This document shows, one piece after another, positions 11,671 through 23,133 of a stretch of 64,000 nt of DNA. This stretch comes from an uncultured Gemmatimonadales bacterium (GTDB lineage Bacteria; Gemmatimonadota; Gemmatimonadetes; Gemmatimonadales; Gemmatimonadaceae). The position numbers were made by a program, and so were the translations under genes. Location of the stretch: contig CAWBZV010000005.1 in the NCBI GenBank assembly GCA_963793305.1, positions 768,001-832,000 of the forward strand, in the 5' to 3' direction. Each line of letters opens with the position of its first letter. Within the stretch, counting starts at the first letter, position 1. The notes below the pieces were generated by a model. That model was given only the letters and a program-made list of their open reading frames with translations. It ran no database searches and was not told the origin of the DNA.

Positions 11671-12293
11671 TGGACTCTCCTTTCAGGTTGCCGCCACCAA
11701 CTGATAATGCCGGGGAGGATCGACAGAAAGATCACCGCAATGATAACCAGCTCGATGTGCTTGGCGACGCCGGGGACTTTGGCGCCCAGGAAGTATCCGA
11801 GCATGAGCATGCTCCAGATCCACGCCGTCCCCCCGAGTACGCTGAACGTCAGAAAAGTTCGGTAATTCATCTTGCCGACCCCGGCCACGAGTGGCGCGAA
11901 TGTCCGGATGATCGGCATGAATCGCGCGAGCACGACGGTTTTCGGCCCGTGTTTGACATAGAACTCATGCGCGCGCTCAACGTGCTTCTTCTTGAAGAGC
12001 AGGGAATCTTCGCGCGTGAAGATGCTCGCGCCGGTCAGCCGACCGACCCAGTAGTTGGTATTGTCCCCAAGAATGGCCGCACAGGTCAGTAGGAGGCCGA
12101 GCTCGAAGATATTGAGCGGCAGTCCCTGTGAAGACAGCAGCCCAGCCGTGACGAGGAGCGAATCGCCGGGCAGGAAGAATCCGACGAAGAGGCCGGTCTC
12201 GGTAAATACGATCGCAGCCATACCCGCGTATCCCGCCCACGCAACGAGGGCTGGCAAGTCGCGCAATCGATGAAAGAGGTCGCTGATTTGCAT
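11667..12293 (-). CDS. dedA: DedA (VTT domain) membrane protein
   Basis: [16 protein letters not shown] and [12 protein letters not shown] motifs. Confidence 0.92.
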   Translation of the reverse strand: MQISDLFHRLRDLPALVAWAGYAGMAAIVFTETGLFVGFFLPGDSLLVTAGLLSSQGLPLNIFELGLLLTCAAILGDNTNYWVGRLTGASIFTREDSLLFKKKHVERAHEFYVKHGPKTVVLARFMPIIRTFAPLVAGVGKMNYRTFLTFSVLGGTAWIWSMLMLGYFLGAKVPGVAKHIELVIIAVIFLSILPGIISWWRQPERRVQ

Positions 12294-12320
12294 AGGGGAT
12301 CCCGCAACATACGTTGGGGC

Positions 12321-13070
12321 ATGCTGCTAGACCACGTAGTGGTTGTCCTCTACGAACCCCAGGACCCAGTCAACATCGCGGCGACGGTTCGTGCGATGAA
12401 GAACATGGGCATAAGAACGTTACGTCTTGTCAGTCCTGTTACTTACGATGCCGAACGCATCGAGGGCATCGCGCACGACACCGCCGACGTCGTTGCCGGT
12501 ATTCGCCACTTCGACTCGTTGGACGCGGCACTCGCCGACTGTGTCCACATTGCGGCATATACCCGCCGCCGTCGCGCGGCGAAGCGGGCGTCCGCCGATG
12601 CGCGACAGACCGCGCAGACGCTGCTCGCGTACGCCACGGCTGGCCCCGTCGCGATCTTGTTCGGCCGCGAAGATCACGGGTTGCCGAACGAGGCCCTCGA
12701 CCGTGCGCACATCGTGTCGACCATTCCGACGACGGATCACGCCTCGCTCAACCTGGCTCAGGCCGTCTTGATCGCACTGTACGAGTTGCATTTAGCGGCG
12801 GGCGACGCCACGCGTACGATCGACCCGCCGAAGCACGACGCCCCGCTGGCCAACGCCGAGCAGTTCGAGCTTTTTTTCGCCGATGCCGAGCGCGCGCTCG
12901 TGGCGATCGAGTTCTTCAAGACGCGGTATCCGGAGCACATCATGCGCTCCATACGTTCCTTAGCCCATCGCGCCGGGCCCGACGCTCGGGAGATCAACCT
13001 GCTCCGCGCCGCAGCGATCGAGGTAGTGAGAAGTTTGGAGCGCGTCGCCAAGGGAACCTCTCAAGTATAG
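12321..13070 (+). CDS. trmJ: TrmJ/LasT family SPOUT tRNA methyltransferase
   Basis: EPQDPVNIAATVRAMKNMG, FGREDHGLPNE, SLNLAQAV. Confidence 0.85.
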   Translation: MLLDHVVVVLYEPQDPVNIAATVRAMKNMGIRTLRLVSPVTYDAERIEGIAHDTADVVAGIRHFDSLDAALADCVHIAAYTRRRRAAKRASADARQTAQTLLAYATAGPVAILFGREDHGLPNEALDRAHIVSTIPTTDHASLNLAQAVLIALYELHLAAGDATRTIDPPKHDAPLANAEQFELFFADAERALVAIEFFKTRYPEHIMRSIRSLAHRAGPDAREINLLRAAAIEVVRSLERVAKGTSQV

Positions 13071-13200
13071 GGCGAGGCGCAGCGAAGCGGAGCGAGCCGG
13101 CGCGAAGCGCCATTCAGAACCTTGCATTCGGGCCCCAGTCCGCGCATCATTTCCGGCGTCTATATCCCTTGTGAAAAACTTCACAAAGACGCGGACATAA

Positions 13201-13977
13201 ATGCGGATGGGTTGGAGGAGCATTGGGTTCGTTGGCCTCGCCGCGGTCGCCATAGTCCTGTCGGCCTATCAGGGCGCCGCAGTGCCACCAGACTCTGTGA
13301 TCACGCACGATCCAGGCTCGCAGGGCTGGGGCTATCACGGTGGCTCGTCGTCGCAAGGGTACAGCCCCATCCAGCCGATCCGTTTCCCACACCCGAAGCA
13401 CGTCAAGCTGCTCGGGATGAACTGCGTCTACTGCCACTTCTCCGCCAACAAAGCCGCCGACGTCGGGATGCCCGCGGTGAGCACGTGTATGGGCTGCCAC
13501 CTCGTGGTTGCCACGCAGAAGCCCGAGATCAAGAAGCTCACCGAGTACTGGAACAAGAAGGAACCGGTCCCGTGGGTGCGCATTCACAAAGTGCCGGAGT
13601 ACGTGCACTTCCCGCACATGCGCCACATCAACGTGGGTGTGACCTGCCAAACCTGCCACGGACAAGTGCAGGAGATGTATCAGGTCTACCAGTTCGCATC
13701 GCTCAACATGGGCTGGTGCATCAACTGCCACGTGAACGGCTACAGTCCCGCCGAGGGCGACAAGGCCGCCGGATCGGCGGTCGCGCTCGGCCCCAAGGGC
13801 GCATCGTCTCAGGCGAATCTGCAGCCGGCCACCGCGGCCGGCACTGCGCTCTATCAGGCGGTCGCGTTGGTCGACTCGGCGGCTCTTCCGGCTGGGCCGA
13901 ACAATCGCAATATCGGGCCAAGTTTGAGCGAGCCACGGCATCGCGCGCGCTACGACTGCGGCGTGTGCCACTACTAG
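13201..13977 (+). CDS. actA: Alternative complex III pentaheme cytochrome c subunit
   Basis: Five CxxCH motifs (CVYCH, CMGCH, CQTCH, CINCH, CGVCH); QPIRFPH; first gene of the operon. Confidence 0.9.
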   Translation: MRMGWRSIGFVGLAAVAIVLSAYQGAAVPPDSVITHDPGSQGWGYHGGSSSQGYSPIQPIRFPHPKHVKLLGMNCVYCHFSANKAADVGMPAVSTCMGCHLVVATQKPEIKKLTEYWNKKEPVPWVRIHKVPEYVHFPHMRHINVGVTCQTCHGQVQEMYQVYQFASLNMGWCINCHVNGYSPAEGDKAAGSAVALGPKGASSQANLQPATAAGTALYQAVALVDSAALPAGPNNRNIGPSLSEPRHRARYDCGVCHY

Positions 13978-13990
13978 TCTCTCAGGGAAC

Positions 13991-16984
13991 ATGAGCGTAA
14001 AGCGCCGCGAATTCCTGAAGGTGCTGGGCGCCGGCGCGGCCGCCGGCACCGCTGTCGGTTGCGGCTCCGATCACGTGCAACGACTGATCCCGTATCTCGT
14101 CTCGCCGGACGAGACGGTGCCGGGCGTCTCGACGTTCTACGCCACGGCGTGCCGCGAGTGCGCCGCGGGCTGCGGCGTGATCTGCGCGACGCGCGATGGA
14201 CGCGCGATCAAACTCGAGGGCCATCCGTCGCACCCGTCGAGTCGTGGCGCCCTCTGCGCGCGCGGCCAGTCGGCGCTCCAGGGTCTCTACAATCCGGATC
14301 GGTTCAAGTCGCCGATGATCCGGCAGGGCGACCGGCTGGTTCCGACGACGTGGGATGCCGCGCTCAAGTTGCTCTCGCAGAAGCTGTCCACCGGGCGCGG
14401 GAAGGCCGTTTTCCTGGCCGAGCACGAGACGGGCTCGTTCCCGGCGTTTCTGGATGCGTGGCTTGCCGCGTTCGGCATGCCAGCGCACATCGGCATCGAC
14501 ACCGATGCTCCAGCCGCGACGGTCGCCGCCAATCGCCAGACCTATGGCGTCGCCTGGCCGGGGCTCGACTTCAGTGCCTCGAAGCTGATCGTCTCGTTCG
14601 GCGCCGACTTCCTTGAGACGTGGGGCGCCAGCGTCCCACAGCAACTCGACTGGGCCGATGCGCGCGCCAAGCTCGCCGATGCTCCGCGCTTCATCTACGT
14701 CGGCCCGCGCCGCTCGCTCACGGGCCTCAACGCCGACGAATGGATTCCCGCGCGCGCCGGCAGCGAGCTCGTCATCGCCAACGCGATTCTCGCGCACCTG
14801 GGCCACGGCACGGGTGTCACGATGACGCAGGCCGCGGAGGCCGCGGGCGTTCCGGCTCCGACGATCCAGAAGCTCGCCGATGCGATCGGTGGCACGAAGC
14901 CGAGCCTCGTGCTCGCCGGTACATCGGGCGCGGAGGCGCTCGATGTCGCGCTCGCCGTGAACGCGATCAACCAAGCGACCGGCAGCGTCGGCGTGACGAT
15001 CAAGCCGGCGGCGCCGCTCACCATCTTCGATCACGGCCGCTCGTTCGCGGATCTGCGCCAGGTCGCCGAGCGGATGCGCTCGGGCGATGTCCCGCTGGTG
15101 TTCGTCCGCGGCCTCAACCCGGTCTACTCAACCCCAAAGTCTCTGGACTTTGCGGGAGCCCTCGCTCACGTCGCTTTCAAAGTTGGCTTCTCGTCGTATC
15201 CGGACGAGACGATGGAGATGTGCGACCTGATCCTCCCGGATCATCACGCGCTCGAGAGCTGGGGCGACGTGGAATCGGTCGCGGGAACGATCACGTTGCA
15301 GCAGCCGACGATGGACCCGGTGTTCGACACGAAGCCGACGGCAGACGTATTGATCGCCCTCGCCAAGTCTGACGCCCAAGTCGCGCCGAAATATCCGTTC
15401 GCCGATTACCGCGCGTGGCTCGCGAGTCGTTTCCCAGGCGGCGTCGTCGCGTTCACAAACGCGCTGTCCGCGGGCACGGTCTCAGCACCGCCACTCGAGC
15501 CCACGCGCGGCGCCGCGACCCAAACGACACCACCAAAGTCTGCACGCCCGATCACCGGTACTCAGGGCGACTATGATCTAGTCGTCTACTATTCACCGAC
15601 CGTAGGCGACGGAAGCGGCGCCAACAAACCGTGGCTGCAGGAGCTGCCGGATCCAGTCACCAAGATCGGCTGGCAATCCGTGATCGAGATCCACCCGGAG
15701 ACCGCTCGCAAGCTCGGCGTGAGCAACGGCGACGTCCTCCAGGTGCAGACCGACCACGGCACCGTACTCGCGGCGGCCTACATGTTCATGGGTGTGCGCC
15801 CGGACACGGTCGCGCTCGCGCTCGGCCGCGGCCACACCGCCTACGGCCGCTACGCGAAGACCTGCGGCGTCAACGCGCTCGACCTCCTGCCGGCAGGCGA
15901 AGACAAGGCGGGCGCTCTGGTCCTCACGGCCACACGCTGCCGTGTGTCGAAGCAGGCTGAGACGTTGCTGCTCGTGTCCACCGAGGGCTCGGCGCGCCAG
16001 CACGGCCGCGGGATCGCCCGCACGATCGCCGTCGAAGACCTCGGCAAGCAGCCCGAGGAATCCACTGAGCACTACATCGGCGAGGCGCCGCGCGACTTCT
16101 TGCCGGGCCTCCGTTCGCCGGTCGCGGCCGACGCGCAAGGCGATTACGCCGACACGTCGTCCAAGAGCAACGGCATATACAGCCAGGACCACTGGAGCGG
16201 GATGGCCAAGCGCCGCTGGGCGATGACGGTCGATCTCGCGCGCTGCACCGGTTGCTCGGCGTGCGTCACGGCGTGTTACACCGAGAATAACATCCCGACC
16301 GTTGGCGCCTGGTGGCAGGGACCGCAGATGCTCGCGGATCGCGTCGGCTTCGGCGCGAATATCACGCGCGGGCGCGAGATGGCGTGGCTGCGTCTCGAGC
16401 GCTACTACGAGGGCGCCGAGCACGAGGACGGAGCGTTCGATCCGACGTTCGAGGCGCGGTTCGTTCCGATGATGTGCCAGCACTGCGGCAACGCGCCGTG
16501 CGAGCCGGTGTGTCCGGTGTACGCGACGTACCACGCCCCGGACGGTTTGAACGTGCAGGTCTACAACCGGTGCGTCGGCACCCGCTATTGCTCAAATAAT
16601 TGCCCGTACAAGGTCCGCTACTTCAACTGGTTCGGGTACGGCGAGACGAACCGCGCCCAGTACGCATTCCCCGAGCCGCTCAACTGGCAGCTCAACCCGG
16701 ATGTCACGGTGCGCGGCAAGGGCGTGATGGAGAAGTGCACGTTCTGCATCCAGCGTATTCGGACGGCCGAGCACCGCGCGCGACTGGAGGGCCGCGACTT
16801 GCGGCCGGATGAGTTCACGACCGCGTGCGCGCAGGGATGTCCGTCGCGCGCGCTCACGTTCGGCGACGCGGCGGATCCGGCATGGAGTGTCACGAAGCAC
16901 ATCGATGACAGTCGAGCGTACCACGTGTTCGAGGAGTTGAACACGTTCACGGCCGTCGTCTATCTCAAGAAGGTGACCAGATAA
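13991..16984 (+). CDS. actB: Alternative complex III subunit B (molybdopterin-oxidoreductase-like domain plus Fe-S domain, Tat signal)
   Basis: KRREFLK Tat motif followed by Cys; [49 protein letters not shown]. Confidence 0.93.
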   Translation: MSVKRREFLKVLGAGAAAGTAVGCGSDHVQRLIPYLVSPDETVPGVSTFYATACRECAAGCGVICATRDGRAIKLEGHPSHPSSRGALCARGQSALQGLYNPDRFKSPMIRQGDRLVPTTWDAALKLLSQKLSTGRGKAVFLAEHETGSFPAFLDAWLAAFGMPAHIGIDTDAPAATVAANRQTYGVAWPGLDFSASKLIVSFGADFLETWGASVPQQLDWADARAKLADAPRFIYVGPRRSLTGLNADEWIPARAGSELVIANAILAHLGHGTGVTMTQAAEAAGVPAPTIQKLADAIGGTKPSLVLAGTSGAEALDVALAVNAINQATGSVGVTIKPAAPLTIFDHGRSFADLRQVAERMRSGDVPLVFVRGLNPVYSTPKSLDFAGALAHVAFKVGFSSYPDETMEMCDLILPDHHALESWGDVESVAGTITLQQPTMDPVFDTKPTADVLIALAKSDAQVAPKYPFADYRAWLASRFPGGVVAFTNALSAGTVSAPPLEPTRGAATQTTPPKSARPITGTQGDYDLVVYYSPTVGDGSGANKPWLQELPDPVTKIGWQSVIEIHPETARKLGVSNGDVLQVQTDHGTVLAAAYMFMGVRPDTVALALGRGHTAYGRYAKTCGVNALDLLPAGEDKAGALVLTATRCRVSKQAETLLLVSTEGSARQHGRGIARTIAVEDLGKQPEESTEHYIGEAPRDFLPGLRSPVAADAQGDYADTSSKSNGIYSQDHWSGMAKRRWAMTVDLARCTGCSACVTACYTENNIPTVGAWWQGPQMLADRVGFGANITRGREMAWLRLERYYEGAEHEDGAFDPTFEARFVPMMCQHCGNAPCEPVCPVYATYHAPDGLNVQVYNRCVGTRYCSNNCPYKVRYFNWFGYGETNRAQYAFPEPLNWQLNPDVTVRGKGVMEKCTFCIQRIRTAEHRARLEGRDLRPDEFTTACAQGCPSRALTFGDAADPAWSVTKHIDDSRAYHVFEELNTFTAVVYLKKVTR

Positions 16985-18396
16985 TGGCCACGATCGCGCG
17001 ACCGGACACGCCTCCTGAGCCGGCGCCTTACGACAATATCGCGACCGCCGACGTCCGTCTGCCGGCGGTCAAGTCCTACGCGCAGGCCGATCACGACGTC
17101 ATCGCGACGCTCCAACCGACGTGGGGATGGTTCGCCTGCGTCGCGCTGGCCATGACGTGCCTGGCGGTCGGCATCTCGGCCTGGATGTATCAGACCTTCT
17201 GGGGGCTCGGCGTCGCGGGGTACAACCCGCCCGTGATGTGGGGTGTGTACATCGTCTCGTTCGTGTTCTGGGTCGGTATCGGCCACGCGGGCACGCTGAT
17301 CTCGGCGATCCTGTACTTGTTCCGCGCCGGCTTCCGCACCTCGATCTACCGCGCGTCGGAAGCCATGACCGTGTTCGCGGTCATGACGGCGGGCCTGTTT
17401 CCGATCTTGCACCTGGGTCGCTGGTGGAAAGCGTTCTGGCTGATCCCGTATCCGAACTGGCGCTGGATCTGGCCCAATTTCAAGAGCCCGTTGGTCTGGG
17501 ACGTGTTCGCGATCTCCACGTATCTGACCGTGTCGGCGACGTTCTTCTATGTCGGCCTGATCCCGGATATCGCGATTCTGCGCGATCGCGAAACCAACCC
17601 GATTCGCAAAGCGATACTGAGTCAACTCTCGCTCGGCTGGCGCAACTCGGATCGAGAATGGCGCCACTTCGCCCGAGCCTACCTGTTCCTCGCGGCATTC
17701 GCGACGCCGCTGGTGCTCTCGGTCCACTCGGTCGTGTCCTTCGACTTCGCGATGGCCAACTCGCCGGGTTGGCACACGACGGTTTTCCCGCCCTACTTCG
17801 TCGCCGGCGCGATCTTCTCGGGGATCGGGATGGTGTTCACCATCATCATCCCGATTCGAAAGTTTTTTAACCTGAAGAAGTACATCACGCTGAACGACCT
17901 CGATGCGGCGTCCAAGCTGTGCTTGTTCACGTCGATGGTCGTGGGGTGCGCCTACCTGACCGAGTTCTTCATGGGCTGGGTCAGCGGGAACTCGATGGAG
18001 CAGGAGTTCTGGTGGAACCGCGTGTTCGGCCAGTGGTGGTGGGCGGCGTGGATCATGCTGCTCTGCAACTGCGTCTTGCCGCAGTCGCTGTGGTCGCAAA
18101 AGCTGCGGCGCAACACGACCTGGCTGTTCATTCTGTCGCTGTTCATTAACCTCGGGATGTGGTTCGAGCGGTTCGTGATCGTCGAGCCGTCGTTGTCGCA
18201 CGAGTTCGAGCCGTGGCAATGGGGCGGCTACGTGCCGACCTATATCGACATCGCGATTCTGATCGGCAGCTTCGGCTGGTTCTTCATGTGGTTCCTGCTG
18301 TTCATCAAGCAGTTCCCGGTGCTCGCGATCGCCGAGGTGAAGGAGGTGCTGCCGGTGCCACGACGGCGCGCGGTGGGGCAGGAGGGACACGACTGA
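16984..18396 (+). CDS. actC: Alternative complex III NrfD-like quinol-binding subunit
   Basis: FVFWVGIGHAGTLISAIL, SPLVWD, SVHSVVSFDF. Confidence 0.93.
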   Translation: MATIARPDTPPEPAPYDNIATADVRLPAVKSYAQADHDVIATLQPTWGWFACVALAMTCLAVGISAWMYQTFWGLGVAGYNPPVMWGVYIVSFVFWVGIGHAGTLISAILYLFRAGFRTSIYRASEAMTVFAVMTAGLFPILHLGRWWKAFWLIPYPNWRWIWPNFKSPLVWDVFAISTYLTVSATFFYVGLIPDIAILRDRETNPIRKAILSQLSLGWRNSDREWRHFARAYLFLAAFATPLVLSVHSVVSFDFAMANSPGWHTTVFPPYFVAGAIFSGIGMVFTIIIPIRKFFNLKKYITLNDLDAASKLCLFTSMVVGCAYLTEFFMGWVSGNSMEQEFWWNRVFGQWWWAAWIMLLCNCVLPQSLWSQKLRRNTTWLFILSLFINLGMWFERFVIVEPSLSHEFEPWQWGGYVPTYIDIAILIGSFGWFFMWFLLFIKQFPVLAIAEVKEVLPVPRRRAVGQEGHD

Positions 18397-18899
18397 TGTC
18401 GCGCGGCGTACTGGGTCGTTTCCAGCAGCTCGACGCGGCGATCGATGCGATCGACGACGTCAAGCGTCAACGGATCGATGACATTCAAGTCTTCACGCCC
18501 ATCCTGAGCCACGAGATCGAGGAAGCGGTGGGCGGGCCGGAGAGTCCGGTGCGTCGCTACACGCTGATCGGCGGATTCCTCGGCGCGACGTTCGGCTACT
18601 GGATCGCCGTGTGGACCTCGGACTACTGGCCGCTCGTCATCGGCGGGAAGGCGATCGCGACGTGGATCCCATTCACGATCATCGCGTTCGAGCTCATGGT
18701 GCTGATCGGCTCGCTCGCGACGGTCGCGGGCATGTTCATCTCGTCCCGCCTCCCCAACCTGACGGCGACGGTCGGTTATGACCCGCGCTTCAGCGAGGGC
18801 GACTTCGGTGTGTTCGTCGAGTGTCCCGCGGACCAAGCCAAAGCCGTCGAGGACACGCTGCGCCGCAATGGAGCAGTGGAGGTGAGAAGTGAACGCTAA
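18396..18899 (+). CDS. actD: Alternative complex III subunit D (DUF3341-like)
   Basis: WPLVIGGK, FELMVL, YDPRFS; ATG overlaps the actC stop. Confidence 0.88.
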   Translation: MSRGVLGRFQQLDAAIDAIDDVKRQRIDDIQVFTPILSHEIEEAVGGPESPVRRYTLIGGFLGATFGYWIAVWTSDYWPLVIGGKAIATWIPFTIIAFELMVLIGSLATVAGMFISSRLPNLTATVGYDPRFSEGDFGVFVECPADQAKAVEDTLRRNGAVEVRSER

Positions 18900-19587
18900 G
18901 AAGCTGGTCGCGCTCGCCCTGTCGGCGGCCTCCATGACGGGTTGCAGTTGGTTCACCGCGTTCGTGGAGCAGCCGAAAATAGATCCGTGGGAGATCCTGG
19001 GAAGTATCAAGACCCCGCAGCGGGGCAACCCGCAAAACTCGGTGCCGATCACGGGCACATTCGTCGCGGGGTATCAGGTCAGCTACTCGCCGCTCCCGGG
19101 CACGATCGACTCGATGTCGGCGATCAAGAATCCAGTGCAACCCTCGGACGCTTCACTGATCAACGGCCGCAAGTTGTTCCAGATCAACTGCGCGGTCTGC
19201 CATGGCGAAGCGGGGAAGGGTGACTCCCCGAATGCGAAGTTCGGTATCGTGAGCATCAACCTGACGACCGATCTCACGAAGAACCGCACGGACGGCTACA
19301 TCTTCGGGATGATCCGGAACGGCCGCGGTCTCATGCCGACCTACGATCGAATCGAGGAGATGGACCGCTGGGACATCGTGAACTACATTCGCGGTCTCCA
19401 AGGCAAGCTGCCCAAGCCGGTCCCGACGGGCCCCGTCGGTTACCCCGGCCAGACGGGCGATGCGCTTCCTGGCTACACGCTGACCGCTCCAACGCGTCCG
19501 TTCCCGTACTACGGTCCGAACGGACCGGTATTCCCCGATAGCATGCGCCCGATCCAAGCCCAGCCCGCCGGCGGAGCTCCGCAATGA
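18889..19587 (+). CDS. actE: Alternative complex III monoheme lipoprotein cytochrome c
   Basis: Lipobox MTGC, CAVCH, GRGLMP, DRWDIVNYIR. Confidence 0.88.
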   Translation: MNAKKLVALALSAASMTGCSWFTAFVEQPKIDPWEILGSIKTPQRGNPQNSVPITGTFVAGYQVSYSPLPGTIDSMSAIKNPVQPSDASLINGRKLFQINCAVCHGEAGKGDSPNAKFGIVSINLTTDLTKNRTDGYIFGMIRNGRGLMPTYDRIEEMDRWDIVNYIRGLQGKLPKPVPTGPVGYPGQTGDALPGYTLTAPTRPFPYYGPNGPVFPDSMRPIQAQPAGGAPQ

Positions 19588-20907
19588 GCGCCCACGGTCT
19601 CCCGGCGCCGTCGCGCGATGACGTGCTCGCGATGGCGCAGCGCCCGACGCCGCCTAGCGCGCGCCTCATGGCGTTACTCGCCGCTGGCGTCGGCCTCGTG
19701 GTATTTCTGTACGCCTTGATCGCCGACCCGGACCGCGCCTGGCGCGCGTTCCACTACAACTGGTACTTCTTCACCGCGATCAGCTCGGCGGGCGTGACTT
19801 GGGCGGCCGTCCAGCGGATCACGACCGCCCGGTGGTCGCGCCCGGTCGTGCGCCTGATGGAGGGCTTCGTCGCCTTCCTCCCGTTCGCGTTCGTGGACTT
19901 GTTGTTGATCCTGTTCGTGGGCCGTTCGCACATTTTCCCATGGACGCACACGGCACCGCCGAACCCTGAGCGCGCGCTCTATCTCAATCCAACGTTTCTC
20001 GTCGCGCGCGACATTCGGGCTCTTCGCGATCATCATGGGTCTCGGCCTCTGGTTTGTCTACAACTCGTTGCGCCTGGACGTGGGTGTGATCCCCGAGTCG
20101 GGCGCGGCCTGGGCAAAGGGTTTGCGCGAACGGATGCGCCGCGGCTTCGGCGACGAGCGCCGCGAGATCCACAGCACGCACTCGCGCAACGGCGTGATCG
20201 CCGTGTTCATGGTGCTCTTCTACGCCTACGGTTGGTCGGTATTGACGTGGGACTTCTCGTTGACGCTCGACATGCATTTCCAGAGCACGCTGTACGGCTG
20301 GTGGAGCTTCATGACGGCGTGGCTCGGCGCCATTCTGTCGATCTCGCTGCTCACGATGTGGTTCCGCAACGTGATGCGCGCCGACAATCTGATCGTCACC
20401 AAGCACTTCCATGATCTCGGCAAGCTCTCGTTCGCGTTCACGGCATTCTGGGGTTACCTGACGTTCGGCCAGTACCTGGTGATCTGGTACGGCAACATGC
20501 CGGAAGAGACGCACTTCATGCATCTCCGGCTCTCGGCCCCGTGGGTCACGATTACGACGATCGCCGCCGCGCTAGCGTTCTTGCCATTCTTCGGCTTGAT
20601 GTCCAAGGCGGCAAAGGTCTACTTGCCGACCTTCATTGCCTTCGCGCTCTCGGGTCTGGTCGGGACGTACCTGCAGCGCTACACCGAGGTATATCCGTCA
20701 TTGTACGGGATCCCGAAGCACGCGCCGCTCGGCTTCGTGGAGATCGGCGTCGGCTTGTTGTATCTGGGGACGTGGGGCCTGTGCTATCTGGCCTTTATGG
20801 CCGCGTTCCCGAAGATGCGCATCGTGATGCAGACGTCACGGTACCGAGACGAGATCCAGGTCCCGGTGGACCCGCGGACTATGGAGCCGTTGCCGGCCCA
20901 CGAGTAG
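19584..20907 (+). CDS. actF: Alternative complex III subunit F, split by a +1 frameshift near 20014-20015 (probable sequencing error)
   Basis: N-terminal ORF (ARWSRPVVR) joins C-terminal ORF (FQSTLYG, HDLGKL, LVIWYGNMPEE) if one T is removed. Confidence 0.85.
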
Positions 20908-21352
20908 TCAGCATCTGCTCGAGCACGGGTTGCGCTACCGCTCCCGTCTGCCGCGCCACTTCGCGCCCGTGCTCGAACACGATCACCGTCGGAATACCCC
21001 GGATCTCGAACCGCTGCGCCGTCTCGGGCGCCAGATCCGTATTGAGCTTGCCGACTAACGCCTGTCCTTGGTACTTCGCCGCGACCGCATCAACACCAGG
21101 CGCCATCATCTTGCACGGCCCACACCAGTCAGCGTAGAAGTCGACCAGGACCGGAATCTCACTGGCTTCGATCGTCCGCTGAAACGTCTCATCAGACAGC
21201 GCCACGGGCCGATCCAGCAATAGCGGCTTCCCACATTTCCCGCACTTGGGCCGATCCTGCGCCCGCGCGGCGTCCACCCGATTCCAGCTCTGACAGAACT
21301 GGCATTGCAGGGTGACTTTCTTGGCGGTATCGGCCGGTGTCGTCGTGGTCAT
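20879..21352 (-). CDS. trxC: Thioredoxin 2 with N-terminal zinc finger
   Basis: CQFC and CGKC zinc motifs plus WCGPC active site. Confidence 0.9.
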   Translation of the reverse strand: MTTTTPADTAKKVTLQCQFCQSWNRVDAARAQDRPKCGKCGKPLLLDRPVALSDETFQRTIEASEIPVLVDFYADWCGPCKMMAPGVDAVAAKYQGQALVGKLNTDLAPETAQRFEIRGIPTVIVFEHGREVARQTGAVAQPVLEQMLTTRGPATAP

Positions 21353-21391
21353 ACGTTCTCCTCTCCACGTATATTACCCGACGCGCACGAC

Positions 21392-21464
21392 GGGGCGGTA
21401 GCTCAGCTGGGAGAGCGCCTGGTTTGCAACCAGGAGGTCAGGGGTTCGATCCCCCTCCGCTCCA
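21392..21464 (+). tRNA. tRNA-Ala(TGC), CCA not encoded
   Basis: 73-nt cloverleaf, acceptor GGGGCGG/CCGCTCC with G3:U70, anticodon loop TTTGCAA, TTCGATC T-loop. Confidence 0.97.
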
Positions 21465-21482
21465 TATAGTTAGCTTTTCGGG

Positions 21483-21503
21483 GGCCCGTTTGTGGGCCCG
21501 TTT
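21483..21503 (+). repeat. Arm-type direct repeat pair GGCCCGTTT with 12-bp period
   Basis: Copies at 21483 and 21495; equivalent pairs flank both downstream att cores. Confidence 0.75.
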
Positions 21504-21515
21504 CTCTTTAAAGAC

Positions 21516-22751
21516 TTACGCGCGATCGATCACCGCAACGTCGCGCACTTTCCTCGCCTCGCTCATCACGGCGAGCAGCATGTCGTTCGTCGGCTGCTGG
21601 TAGCACGTCGCCAGCGTCACCGTGCTGAGCCACCCACCGGCCTCCGCGACGTCGGCCAGCGCAAGATGCTTCCGTTCCGTCGCCCACTTCCGGCGGTACG
21701 GGTGCCATAACCCACCGTCCAACTTAGGTAATCCCGCTCGACGTTCTGCCTTCACAAGCAGCTTGGTGAACGAGTCGCGGTCCATCGGCACATCGGGATC
21801 GCTATCAGACGCGAACATCAAGCCGCCAACAGCTCCCAGCTCCCGCTGAAAGGTCCGCAACTCAACGAGCAGCGCTTTAGTTACCGGCGTCCTCCAGTCC
21901 TTTCGCTTCTTGTCGAATGAGGCCGCCCACTGAATCGCCTCGTGCCCCCAAATGATGCTCTCCCAGCGCAGGTGCCGAATCGAACGCAGCCTCCGCCCCG
22001 TGCCTTCGGCGATCACCAACGCCAGTTCAACCTTGATCCACCTCGATCGCTGCTCCGGCGTTTCGGCTTCGGCCACGAGCTCTCGAATGGCAGCCCGTGT
22101 TGCGATGAACCGGTCCCATGTCGATATCGGCCGCCGCGGCCGTCGATCGCGCGGCGTGCGTAGGCCAGCAATTGGATTCGCGTCCAACAGCCGGACCCCG
22201 TTGACTCGCGTCGTTCGTGCCCAGTTCAACATTCCGTTTAGTACTGCAAGATCACCCACGACCGATCGCATCCGCACCGGCTTCGTCGTCCAGTTCTCGT
22301 TGATCCGGATGCCGCCGGCGCGTCGAGTATTGCGGAACGCCACGACATCATCCACGGTCAAGTCTCGCACGTCGCATCGTGCGCCAAAGTGTGCGATCAG
22401 GACCGTGGCGCGGCTCGTCGTATCGGCTTGAATCCGCGAACTACACGCGAGGTACGTGGCGCACGTAGTCCGGTACCTTTCCCACAAATCGCCTAACGTG
22501 AGTCGCCGGGTCGCAACCTCTGTGCCGCCCACTGGACGGCGCAGTTCTGCCAACAGCTCTTTTCCCAATCGCTCGGCGCGCATGCGGTCGGCCGTATCCA
22601 AGGAACGGCGGTTCTTCCCCTGGCCGGTGACCCACGTCGAGCGATAGAACACGCCACCCCTTCGTTTTTGAAACAGCCTAACGCGACAGCCGCGCTCACC
22701 GAGCGTTCGCGTCCATTTCCCTTTGACCTTGTACCAGCCGCTACGTGCCAT
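21516..22751 (-). CDS. Tyrosine recombinase/integrase
   Basis: GTGRR, HPYRR (HxxR), GGW and TCY catalytic pattern; adjacent to the tRNA att site; start taken at MARSGWYK. Confidence 0.9.
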   Translation of the reverse strand: MARSGWYKVKGKWTRTLGERGCRVRLFQKRRGGVFYRSTWVTGQGKNRRSLDTADRMRAERLGKELLAELRRPVGGTEVATRRLTLGDLWERYRTTCATYLACSSRIQADTTSRATVLIAHFGARCDVRDLTVDDVVAFRNTRRAGGIRINENWTTKPVRMRSVVGDLAVLNGMLNWARTTRVNGVRLLDANPIAGLRTPRDRRPRRPISTWDRFIATRAAIRELVAEAETPEQRSRWIKVELALVIAEGTGRRLRSIRHLRWESIIWGHEAIQWAASFDKKRKDWRTPVTKALLVELRTFQRELGAVGGLMFASDSDPDVPMDRDSFTKLLVKAERRAGLPKLDGGLWHPYRRKWATERKHLALADVAEAGGWLSTVTLATCYQQPTNDMLLAVMSEARKVRDVAVIDRA

Positions 22752-23133
22752 GCACGCCTCCACGATGGAGACGGCGCTCGCGGAGCGACCGGGCATCGGC
22801 AGTGGGATCATACCCGGTGTCATCCGCGTCAGCAACATCGCTATGCTTCGCCACACGCTTCGGTAGATCACCACGCCGTACGCGCGGCGCGTACTTGCGG
22901 CCGACGTTGGCCAGCTTGCCCTCGCGTACCAGGCGCGCTAGGTGGTCGACACTATACCCAGATTCCTCTGATCCTTGCCGGAGCGTGAGGCGCCTTCCGT
23001 CGTCGGCCTGTAGCACAGCTTCGAGCTCCGCGGCCAACACCTCAATGGTGGCAGCGGCCTGCTCGACCCCGTGTCGGCGGAACAGTTCGGCCCGAGCGCG
23101 CCACTCGGCGACCAGGTTTCGTACGTCGCTCAT
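22741..23133 (-). CDS. Excisionase-like helix-turn-helix protein
   Basis: LTLRQGSEESGYSVDHLARLVREGKL HTH; overlaps the integrase start. Confidence 0.75.
   Translation of the reverse strand: MSDVRNLVAEWRARAELFRRHGVEQAAATIEVLAAELEAVLQADDGRRLTLRQGSEESGYSVDHLARLVREGKLANVGRKYAPRVRRGDLPKRVAKHSDVADADDTGYDPTADARSLRERRLHRGGVHGT

Noticed and set aside
2616..18390. Long alternative-frame ORFs (e.g. 2616-4211, 8856-10199, 16960-18390)
   Set aside because: Arg/Ala-rich shadow frames opposite well-supported genes, as expected in high-GC DNA
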